NCBI GenBank assembly: GCA_964447495.1
Contig: CAYUTF010000010.1
Location: 46,474-62,101, forward strand
Direction of reading: 5' to 3'
DNA length: 15,628 nt
Source: an uncultured archaeon
GTDB lineage: Archaea; Asgardarchaeota; Lokiarchaeia; Sigyniarchaeales; SOKP01
Shown: positions 8,518 to 15,628 of the stretch, in pieces
Layout: every line of letters starts with the position of its first letter
Position numbering within the stretch: the first letter of the stretch is position 1
Notes under the pieces: model-generated
Database searches by the model: none
The model's input: only the letters and a program-made list of their open reading frames with translations
Told to the model about the DNA's origin: nothing
Made by a program: the position numbers and the translations under genes

Positions 8518-9537
8518 ATGAAGAATCGCACTGTTGGGTTGGAATCATGGGGGATTTATTTGCCAAGTGAAAAGCATACCTCTAAATATATTTCACAAGA
8601 AACAGGAATACCAATTGAAGTTATAGAGGATAAATTTGGTCTTAAGAGTAAAACTGTTCCTGGAAAAGAAGACCACACCGTAGCAATGGGAGCTAAAGCA
8701 AGTTATCAAGCATTAGAAAGAGCTAATATAACCACAAATGATATTGATCTCATTATTTGGGCGGGGGAAGTATATGCTGAAAGACCTATGATGACTTATG
8801 GAATAAAATTGCAACAACTCTTAGGAAATCCTAAAAATGCTTGGGCTTTCGATATTAATCAAAGATGCGGTACTTTCTTAGTTGGGATGTTATTGGCAAA
8901 AAGTCTGATTCAGACCGATCCTCAAATTAACCGTGTACTAGTTGCAAGCGGTTATAGAAACTCGGATTTAATCAATTATAAAAATCCGAGATCTAGATTC
9001 ATGATTAGTTTAGCAGCGAGTGGTGTGGCAGCAGTTATTCGTGCTGATTATAATAAGAATGAGATTTTAGGCATCTCTGCGATCTCCGATGGTCGGTTTG
9101 CTGATGATGTGTATGTTCCAGCAGGGGGTACTGTTCTACCAATCTCTGTTAAAGCAATAGAAGAAGATCTTATATATCTTGATGTACCTGATCCTGAAGG
9201 ATTAAAAGAACGTCTTGACCAATTCTCAATGGATTCCTTTGTTAAGGTTATTGATAATGCTTTAGGGCTCTCTGGTTATACTCGTAAGGATATAGATTAT
9301 TTAGCATTGTTACATATGAAGCGAAGTGCTTTCGAATACGTAGCGAAAGCTGTTGGAGTAAATCCATATTCTCAAGCTACTTATTTGGAAAATATTGGTC
9401 ATAATGGTCAGAATGATGGAATAATCTCGTTAGAATATGGGTTAAAAGAAGGAAAAATAAAGAATGGTGATATTGTCGTTCTTACAGCCGCAGGAATAGG
9501 GTGGGCATGGAATGCGGGAGTTATAAAGTGGGGTTAA
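8518..9537 (+). CDS. 3-oxoacyl-ACP synthase III-like (FabH/OleA-like, thiolase fold) condensing enzyme
   Basis: Motifs GIYLP, IDLII, AFDINQRCGTF (catalytic Cys), LLHMK (His), IGHNG (His at the usual FabH Asn position) and GDIVVLTAAGIGWAW. Confidence 0.9.
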   Translation: MKNRTVGLESWGIYLPSEKHTSKYISQETGIPIEVIEDKFGLKSKTVPGKEDHTVAMGAKASYQALERANITTNDIDLIIWAGEVYAERPMMTYGIKLQQLLGNPKNAWAFDINQRCGTFLVGMLLAKSLIQTDPQINRVLVASGYRNSDLINYKNPRSRFMISLAASGVAAVIRADYNKNEILGISAISDGRFADDVYVPAGGTVLPISVKAIEEDLIYLDVPDPEGLKERLDQFSMDSFVKVIDNALGLSGYTRKDIDYLALLHMKRSAFEYVAKAVGVNPYSQATYLENIGHNGQNDGIISLEYGLKEGKIKNGDIVVLTAAGIGWAWNAGVIKWG

Positions 9538-9549
9538 ATTTTTAAATTA

Positions 9550-9572
9550 ATTTTTTCTTTTCTTTTATTTTT
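9550..9572 (+). terminator. Putative archaeal oligo-T terminator
   Basis: Long T-rich run (TTTTTTTCTTTTCTTTTATTTTT) just after the last gene of the operon, at a convergent gene junction. Confidence 0.45.
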
Positions 9573-10341
9573 GCCAGAATGAATAGGCAAGTTCATTAAA
9601 TTCATTTGGATGATCTAATATCGTTAAATGACCAGCATCGGGCATGATAATTAACTCAGACTGAGGAAGCCATTCATGTATCATTTCACTAGCCCATACT
9701 GGCGTAGTGATATCTCTTTTGCCCACTAAAACTAATGTGGGAATCTTCAAAGATTTGAGATGCTCACAGATATTAAAGCCCGCTGAAGCTGCCGTTGCAC
9801 GCAAACAATCCTTCTTAGTCATATGATCAGTTACTGTCTTTGCAAGAAATTCCGCCACCTCCTCATTATAGGGCATTAATCCTCTCACACTAATTCCAAG
9901 CGCAAATTTCTCAAGTTTACTACTATTAACCCTTCCTAATACATCTGTAATAGCTTCTTGGCTTATAAAGCAGAAACTATCTGCAACCACCATTTTCTTG
10001 ACGTGTGATGGATTTTCTAACCCATATACAAGCGCAATCATCCCTCCTAAAGAATGTCCTACTAAGTATAAATTATCTGTCCATTTCAAATGGGTCAATA
10101 ATGCATGCATATCATTAACATAATTTCGAATGGTGAACTGGTTCTTTGGTTTAGTTGATCTTCCGTGCCCTCGAAGGTCAAATCTAAGAATTTGGAACTT
10201 ATCTTCGAAAAATTGGAGTTGAAACTTCCAACAATCACTATTTAAAAAAAGTCCATGGATCAATACTAATTTTGGACCGTCACTCAAACCACTGATTTGA
10301 TAATAGATTTCAATATTTTTTTCTGGTGAAAAAGTATCCAT
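9565..10341 (-). CDS. Alpha/beta-fold serine hydrolase (PcaD / enol-lactonase-like)
   Basis: LIHG oxyanion motif, DLRGHGRS, nucleophile elbow GHSLGG, acid residue in VGKRD, and His in AGH. Confidence 0.9.
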   Translation of the reverse strand: MDTFSPEKNIEIYYQISGLSDGPKLVLIHGLFLNSDCWKFQLQFFEDKFQILRFDLRGHGRSTKPKNQFTIRNYVNDMHALLTHLKWTDNLYLVGHSLGGMIALVYGLENPSHVKKMVVADSFCFISQEAITDVLGRVNSSKLEKFALGISVRGLMPYNEEVAEFLAKTVTDHMTKKDCLRATAASAGFNICEHLKSLKIPTLVLVGKRDITTPVWASEMIHEWLPQSELIIMPDAGHLTILDHPNEFNELAYSFWQK

Positions 10342-10525
10342 TTTAATTAACCCATAATTGATATTTTAATTGCTATATATTCATATATCATATTTTTATA
10401 TAATCTTTTTGAGTTTTTACTTTTATTTTTATCTCTTAATTTATGTGAGTAATATTTATATAGCTAATTGGTAAATATTAGATTAACTCAAATTCTAATT
10501 TAAAAACTTTAATAGGTTACAACAA

Positions 10526-11359
10526 ATGAAAAAATCGAGATATTTTTTAACGTTCGTGGTGTTTCTAAGTATAATGTTTGCGATAGTTCCGCCTGTTGTA
10601 CCTCAAATCGGCACGTATCAATTTCATGGAGCTGCTGGAAATGTAAAAACCTTGGTGGTAAGGACAGCAAACAATGATAGTCTAAAAGCAGTCTTCGGGG
10701 AGCCAGAATATATAACTGTATTAGAAACTTCTTTTGGAGTAGGAGCCTTACAAGTAGGTGCCAAGAAAAAATCCCTTGTAACCGCAGTTGATTTTGCAGC
10801 AACAGATTCATTAACCGGATTTCCCGCTACAAATTATACAACAGATAATTGGAAATGGACCACTGGGGATTTTCCAAGTGCACCTGACGATTTAAGTGGT
10901 ATTAATGTTACCAGTTTATATAATCCTCTTAATATAACTTGGTTTGTTAATTTAATTTTTCATCAAAATGTGACAGTACAGAATGGGGCTATTTATTTAG
11001 CTCAATTACCCACTCCGGTTGCTCAATATTTAGGGGCTATAGTATGGGAGCCAAAATGGGAAAATATAGGAAATACGGTTGTGCATCATGCTGAATATTT
11101 AGATGTAGGTCTTCTTGCAGTTCCTCCTTACTATTTTATCTATTATCATAATTGTACTGAGACGTGGACATATGATGGGACGTATGGATCATGGATTGGA
11201 TATAAGTTACAAGCTAATAGTACCACGATATATGAATTTTCAATTGAATTACCTACCACTGCCGCAATTCCTGGATTTGAATTTCCCATCCTTTTAGGAG
11301 TAAGCGGATTTAGTGCTATTGGATTAATATACTTGGTAATGAAAAAAAGAAATAAATAA
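10526..11359 (+). CDS. Secreted cell-surface glycoprotein with PGF-CTERM-like C-terminal sorting signal
   Basis: Signal peptide MKKSRYFLTFVVFLSIMFAIV; seven N-x-S/T sequons (NDS, NYT, NVT, NIT, NVT, NCT, NST); C-terminal IPGF + TM helix + KKRNK. Confidence 0.82.
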   Translation: MKKSRYFLTFVVFLSIMFAIVPPVVPQIGTYQFHGAAGNVKTLVVRTANNDSLKAVFGEPEYITVLETSFGVGALQVGAKKKSLVTAVDFAATDSLTGFPATNYTTDNWKWTTGDFPSAPDDLSGINVTSLYNPLNITWFVNLIFHQNVTVQNGAIYLAQLPTPVAQYLGAIVWEPKWENIGNTVVHHAEYLDVGLLAVPPYYFIYYHNCTETWTYDGTYGSWIGYKLQANSTTIYEFSIELPTTAAIPGFEFPILLGVSGFSAIGLIYLVMKKRNK

Positions 11360-11376
11360 CAACATCATCAAAATCC

Positions 11377-11392
11377 TTTTTTTTCTTTTCTT
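11377..11392 (+). terminator. Putative archaeal oligo-T terminator
   Basis: TTTTTTTTCTTTTCTT begins 18 nt after the stop of the surface protein gene. Confidence 0.5.
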
Positions 11393-11480
11393 AAATTTTA
11401 TTTAAACCATAAACTTTTTTACAAATTCATTTAATTTGTTAGTTATAGGTTTGTAAATATACAATTATTGGGGCAACGCT

Positions 11481-12005
11481 ATGACTGATGAGATAAGAAC
11501 CGATGAAAAAAAAGTCCTCTCATTTGAAGAACGAAGCATTAGTTTGAAAATTGCACTAACTTCTATTACCGCAGCATTATATGTTGCTTTAGGATTTATC
11601 AGTATCCCTATAGGGTTTTTAGATATTCAATTCCGAATTGCTGAAATTGTAGTAGGAATGTGTCTTATTTTTCCATATGAAGGCTTAATTGGAAAAGTAA
11701 TAGGTGTCTTTATTGTTAACCTTTTTTCCCCACTAGGGCTTATCGACTTAATTAGTTGTGTAGTGAACATTCCCGCTTTATATTGTATAATTTTATTCAG
11801 AGGAAGTTCTAAATTAAGATATCTTGGAGCAATATTATATGCAAATATAATTTCACTATATGTAGCGATCATCTTATACATCAGTATAGGGATTCAGCCT
11901 GTATGGTTGTCATTTATTAAGGTTTTATTTTCAGAAGTTATCCTGGCAATTTTGGGAGTTGCGGTCTTTACTTATATAGATAATAAATATATTTTAAATC
12001 GGTAA
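11481..12005 (+). CDS. queT: QueT family membrane transporter (ECF S-component-like)
   Basis: 174 aa, about 5 TM, with QueT-typical motifs AALYVAL, IQFRIAE and G.FIVNLFSPLGLID. Confidence 0.78.
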   Translation: MTDEIRTDEKKVLSFEERSISLKIALTSITAALYVALGFISIPIGFLDIQFRIAEIVVGMCLIFPYEGLIGKVIGVFIVNLFSPLGLIDLISCVVNIPALYCIILFRGSSKLRYLGAILYANIISLYVAIILYISIGIQPVWLSFIKVLFSEVILAILGVAVFTYIDNKYILNR

Positions 12006-12026
12006 AGCTTATTATCAGATTGTGGG

Positions 12027-13349
12027 TTGTTTTATATCATAGATTTAAAATCATTAGAAATTCTCTTAAAGGGTTTATCCGATTTCATTGATGGGAAATC
12101 AAGACTATTGAAAGAAAAGCATAGGAAAAATGCCACTGTTTTTCATTATTATCAAGAAATTGTGAGAAATTGGAATAAATTAAATTTTATTATAAATAAA
12201 ACTACGAGATCTCTGAAAACTAAAGTTGATTTAGACTCTCATTTAAAAGCTCATCTCTATTATTCTACATATCGTATATTCCAGGAAAAAGTCCCAATTA
12301 GAATCATAATCCAAGAGTTAAAGCCATCAGATAAGTTGTTAGAACTCTTAAAGAAGTTAACCTCCTTTTCATGGTCTCGTGCTTTAGAAGGTAAATCATT
12401 TAATGAAAGTTTAAGCTTGGAAGAAGCCATACCTACTTTTTTTATAGAACGATTAACACCAGTATTTTCAAAAGAATTTTTGATTGAGACTATCAAATCT
12501 ATGAACTATACACCTACCAGTTTGGACGTATCTTTTCGAATTAATGATCTACGGTTTAAAAATGATAGAAATACTACTTGTAAATTTATTATAGATGATT
12601 TAAGAAAAGAAGGAATTAAATCTCATCAAGATAAAGAGGTACCTTTCATTTATTATACAAAAAATGAGTTTAAAAGCAAATTATTATCAAGTGAGTGGTA
12701 TAAAAAAGGATATATTATATTACATGATAAAGCCTCATTTCTAATCTCTCAATTACTACTTCCCAAATCAAATGAATTAATTTGTGATATGTGTGCAGCT
12801 CCTGGAATTAAAACAAGTATTATTGCGCAACTCTCAAATAATGAATCCAAACTAATAGCTTGTGAGTTTAATTTTAAAAGATTAATGCAATTGAAAAAGT
12901 TATTAAAAAAATTGGCAGTCTCAAATTCATTTTTATTAAATGTCGATAGTACAATTATTAACAATTACTTCCATAATTCATTTGACAAAATCTTAATTGA
13001 TGCTCCTTGCACAGGGAGTGGAACTTTCTTGAATCATCCCGAATTAAAATGGCGTCAGAATTATGAATTTCTTAATCAAAATTTATTATTACAAAGTAAG
13101 ATGATTGAATCAAGTTTAAAGTTATTAAAACCAGGTGGTATTTTGGTCTACGTAACGTGTAGTCTCTACCCCGAGGAAGGAGAAAATCAAATCAAAAATA
13201 TTTTAGATTATGTAGATCCTTTAGATTTACCGCATTATTTTTCTCCTAGTTATAAGATTGATGGGGAACCTTTAAAGGGAACAGGTAGACTATTTCCTTC
13301 CATTCACAACACCCAAGGTTTTTTTGTAAGTAAGTTAAAAAAGAAATAA
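12027..13349 (+). CDS. RsmB/NOP2/NSUN family RNA cytosine-C5 methyltransferase
   Basis: SAM motif DMCAAPGIKT, motif IV ILIDAPCTGSG, motif VI LVYVTCS, EEGE and C-terminal GFFVSKL, plus a helical N-terminal extension. Exact start uncertain (TTG 12027). Confidence 0.92.
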   Translation: MFYIIDLKSLEILLKGLSDFIDGKSRLLKEKHRKNATVFHYYQEIVRNWNKLNFIINKTTRSLKTKVDLDSHLKAHLYYSTYRIFQEKVPIRIIIQELKPSDKLLELLKKLTSFSWSRALEGKSFNESLSLEEAIPTFFIERLTPVFSKEFLIETIKSMNYTPTSLDVSFRINDLRFKNDRNTTCKFIIDDLRKEGIKSHQDKEVPFIYYTKNEFKSKLLSSEWYKKGYIILHDKASFLISQLLLPKSNELICDMCAAPGIKTSIIAQLSNNESKLIACEFNFKRLMQLKKLLKKLAVSNSFLLNVDSTIINNYFHNSFDKILIDAPCTGSGTFLNHPELKWRQNYEFLNQNLLLQSKMIESSLKLLKPGGILVYVTCSLYPEEGENQIKNILDYVDPLDLPHYFSPSYKIDGEPLKGTGRLFPSIHNTQGFFVSKLKKK

Positions 13350-13395
13350 AAACTAATTAAGACTTTAATTGTTAATAATATTGAATCTGAATATT

Positions 13396-14208
13396 ATGGA
13401 TAATAATAAAATTAAATTATGGACTGTTGGCCAAATCGATGCAACCGGTTTGCGTGGTCCTCATGAAGTTGAGCTCCAAAATATTAGTAATAATAAGTAC
13501 CCTTTATTTATTGACATTGACCTAAATACATTGGAAAAGATCGTTGTAGATAATTTAGGAGGAAAGGTAGACAATATTGGGGTAAATGAGGATTGGACAA
13601 TAACTATAGAGATGTTTCCTGAAGTAAAAATTCATTTTGCCTATTCGTATTTCGGCGATGAGTTTGGGGATGAGATTGAGGCAGAAATTAAATTCTATTT
13701 CTCAGGTGAACGCGTATATTGGGTTCCCGGGGAGGATATTGCAACATACATCGATATCGTAATGGATTTTATAGAGCGTCTTTTAAAAAGCAAAGAACCT
13801 TTTGAAAAATCCTATAATCAGAAAACAGAGCTAATGGAAAAAATACTCATTCAACGTTCTGGACCATTCAAATATTTGAAAGAAAACGATAAAGAAAAGT
13901 TAGCAGAATTCATTGGAGCGAAAGTGTGGAAAACTTCTGATGGATGGAGAATTAAAAAAGAGTTCTTTCCTCAAATGTTTGCTGAAATTATATGGAGTAA
14001 AGATAATGATTTAGATATAGAGTTTTCAGGTGAAAATCTTGAAGTTATGAGTAGTTATCATGCTGAATTGATTGGGATTTTTATAATTAACCATATCTTA
14101 CGCTATATTACAATTCATAATGAAGAAAAACCCCTTCCTGACATCTGTCAGATAATGTTTTCAAGAATGTTTACAAAGCAAAAGGGTTGGGAGCATAGAA
14201 CAAGATAA
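13396..14208 (+). CDS. Hypothetical protein with two internal repeats (DUF3786-like, tentative)
   Basis: ATG 13396 is in frame with the listed ORF (TTG 13369). Duplicated pattern G.KV....W.I..E.FP.....FSGE. The segment MFPEVKIHFAYSYFGDEF..EAEIKFYF recalls DUF3786. Confidence 0.7.
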   Translation: MDNNKIKLWTVGQIDATGLRGPHEVELQNISNNKYPLFIDIDLNTLEKIVVDNLGGKVDNIGVNEDWTITIEMFPEVKIHFAYSYFGDEFGDEIEAEIKFYFSGERVYWVPGEDIATYIDIVMDFIERLLKSKEPFEKSYNQKTELMEKILIQRSGPFKYLKENDKEKLAEFIGAKVWKTSDGWRIKKEFFPQMFAEIIWSKDNDLDIEFSGENLEVMSSYHAELIGIFIINHILRYITIHNEEKPLPDICQIMFSRMFTKQKGWEHRTR

Positions 14209-14283
14209 AGTAATTTGAGTAGTCTATAACATTTTTGAGTATTAATATAAAAAATTATTAAAAATATTGGAAAATTTAGTTTT

Positions 14284-14844
14284 CTAACAAGTTGTCCAGA
14301 ATACAGCTCTTCCTTTTTTTCTAGTTCTTTGGATTTTATGTGCGTTTTCTAAATCCGACATGATTTTCCAAATTTCCGCATTACTTAGTTTAAAGTATTT
14401 CCTTAACTCAGGAGTAGACATTTCCGTACCGTTTAATAGATTTTCAACTAATCTTTTTACTTCTTCCATGGTATCCTCATCAGAATTGTCAACAATATCA
14501 TTTCCCTCATTTTCGTCATCTGATTCCATTTCAAACATAATTCTAGAAGCAACTTTATTTAATTGCTTGAGATTATTTTCAATTCCTTGAGGTTTCATAA
14601 AAAGACAGCAGAGTTCTAAATCTTTTGGAAACGCTACGATGTAAAATTTGTCATATAAGATTGCTCTTGGTTTTTTCCCTGCATTTCCTCCTCGAAACGC
14701 TAAATAAAAATTCATCGCGAAATCATCTAAATTCATCATATCATCCGATTTCTCATATTCTCGCTTCCACTTTAAAAACGGGCCATCTATCATATCAAAA
14801 CCGATTAGAGCGGCCCCAAATAGTTCCTTTTCATTAAAATTCAT
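14284..14844 (-). CDS. Putative longin/uDENN-like domain + acidic linker + C-terminal winged helix-turn-helix protein
   Basis: N-terminal hairpin GAALIGFDMIDGPFLKW (FDxxxGP), linker ESDDENEGNDIVDNSDED, and a C-terminal wHTH pattern (MSTPELRKYFKLSNAEIWKIMSDLENAHKIQRTRKKGRAVFW). The CDS is solid; domain calls are by pattern. Confidence 0.68.
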   Translation of the reverse strand: MNFNEKELFGAALIGFDMIDGPFLKWKREYEKSDDMMNLDDFAMNFYLAFRGGNAGKKPRAILYDKFYIVAFPKDLELCCLFMKPQGIENNLKQLNKVASRIMFEMESDDENEGNDIVDNSDEDTMEEVKRLVENLLNGTEMSTPELRKYFKLSNAEIWKIMSDLENAHKIQRTRKKGRAVFWTTC

Positions 14845-14845
14845 T

Positions 14846-15370
14846 TTATCGCATACCTCTTTTTATTGCTACTTGCTCTAATTCTTTTCTAATAATATTT
14901 ATAAGATTTATACGTTCCGCTGGATTAATTGCGGTGAGCCCATATGTCTGTACTTTAAGAATCTCCCTTACTCTTTCAGGATCCATACGTCCATCCGTTC
15001 TTTGTAAATCCTGCTTGTTTGCTATAGCGATTATTGGACACTCTTTTTCAACAAAGTGAGTTGCGTAATTAATTAACTCTCTTGATCTTAAAACGTTTCG
15101 TGGAGTGGAATCCGTAACTACTATAACAATATCAGATCCTAAGAGATGGTCCTTGCTATAAGCCTTTAAATAACTGCTTTGACCTGCTAGATCCCAAATC
15201 TTAAGTGTAAAACTTTCAATTTTTACAGTTTTCAAGTCAAATCCATGAGTAGGTAAATATATACGATCTATAGTATTTTTTGAGAGTAGTTTGAGCATGC
15301 TTGTCTTTCCAACAGCAGGATGGCCAATAAAACTGATTTTCACTAATTTATTTAATTCAGTACTCAACAT
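14846..15370 (-). CDS. Ras-superfamily small GTPase (Arf/Rab-like)
   Basis: G1 GHPAVGKTS, G2 YLPTHG, G3 WDLAGQ, G4 NKQD, G5-like TA; 174 aa. Confidence 0.93.
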   Translation of the reverse strand: MLSTELNKLVKISFIGHPAVGKTSMLKLLSKNTIDRIYLPTHGFDLKTVKIESFTLKIWDLAGQSSYLKAYSKDHLLGSDIVIVVTDSTPRNVLRSRELINYATHFVEKECPIIAIANKQDLQRTDGRMDPERVREILKVQTYGLTAINPAERINLINIIRKELEQVAIKRGMR

Positions 15371-15505
15371 GCAAAATTCAATTGAAAAGAATTTATTAAC
15401 ACAAAAGGAGCCATTTGTTTATATGAATCTGCATGATATCCGTATAATATTAGGGTAATACATTATCTTCTTTTTTTATTGATTCATTAGTAACATCAAT
15501 ATATC

Positions 15506-15628
15506 TCAGAATAAATTAAAAATATCTGTGATTTGATAGAAAAAGAAGAGTAATATTAACGAAAAGAAGGTAGGTAATATTAAACTAAGAGTAAATAATC
15601 TTTGTGAAATTCTAATACATTCTTGGAG
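15506..15628 (-). CDS. Possible 3' end of a membrane-protein gene entering from the right edge
   Basis: 40 open codons from the window edge (LQECIRISQRLFTLSLILPTFFSLILLFFFYQITDIFNLF*) with a hydrophobic stretch. Too short to assign. Confidence 0.4.
   Translation of the reverse strand, partial: LQECIRISQRLFTLSLILPTFFSLILLFFFYQITDIFNLF

Noticed and set aside
11360-11480. preQ1 riboswitch upstream of queT
   Set aside because: No AGAGGTTCTAG-like stem with an A-rich tail is visible; the region is simply AT-rich.
14284-14470. C-terminal wHTH as a Z-alpha (Z-DNA-binding) domain
   Set aside because: It has a terminal Trp, but lacks the Asn/Tyr in the recognition helix and the Pro-Pro wing typical of Z-alpha; kept as a generic wHTH.
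10509-14837. Short ORFs at 10509, 11115, 11627, 12260, 12749, 14360 and 14625
   Set aside because: Alternative-frame or antisense shadows of well-supported genes.
15541-15585. Imperfect direct repeat AAAAGAAG..GTAATATTAA
   Set aside because: Short, low-complexity, and likely a by-product of repeated SLIL codons in the partial minus-strand reading frame.

Overview
AT-rich, gene-dense chromosomal window, most likely from an Asgard archaeon (Lokiarchaeia-like). This is inferred from an archaeal Nre repair protein with a PIP box, a PGF-type C-terminal sorting tail, and a small GTPase paired with a longin-like protein. From left to right: a membrane-protein gene interrupted by an in-frame TAA, a CPBP/Abi intramembrane protease, a probable gene remnant abutting an exact 32-bp tandem duplication, a small hypothetical gene, a Doc-type toxin-antitoxin pair, nreA and an amidohydrolase. 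Next come a tight operon (repeat-built membrane protein + acyl-CoA ligase + KAS III-like condensing enzyme) with a convergent alpha/beta hydrolase, a secreted surface glycoprotein, QueT, an RsmB/NOP2 RNA m5C methyltransferase and an internally duplicated hypothetical protein. At the right end, a small GTPase is coupled to a putative longin/uDENN + winged-helix fusion; this is the most interesting element. No rRNA, tRNA, CRISPR array or transposase was recognised. All family calls come from motif recognition by eye; no searches were run.
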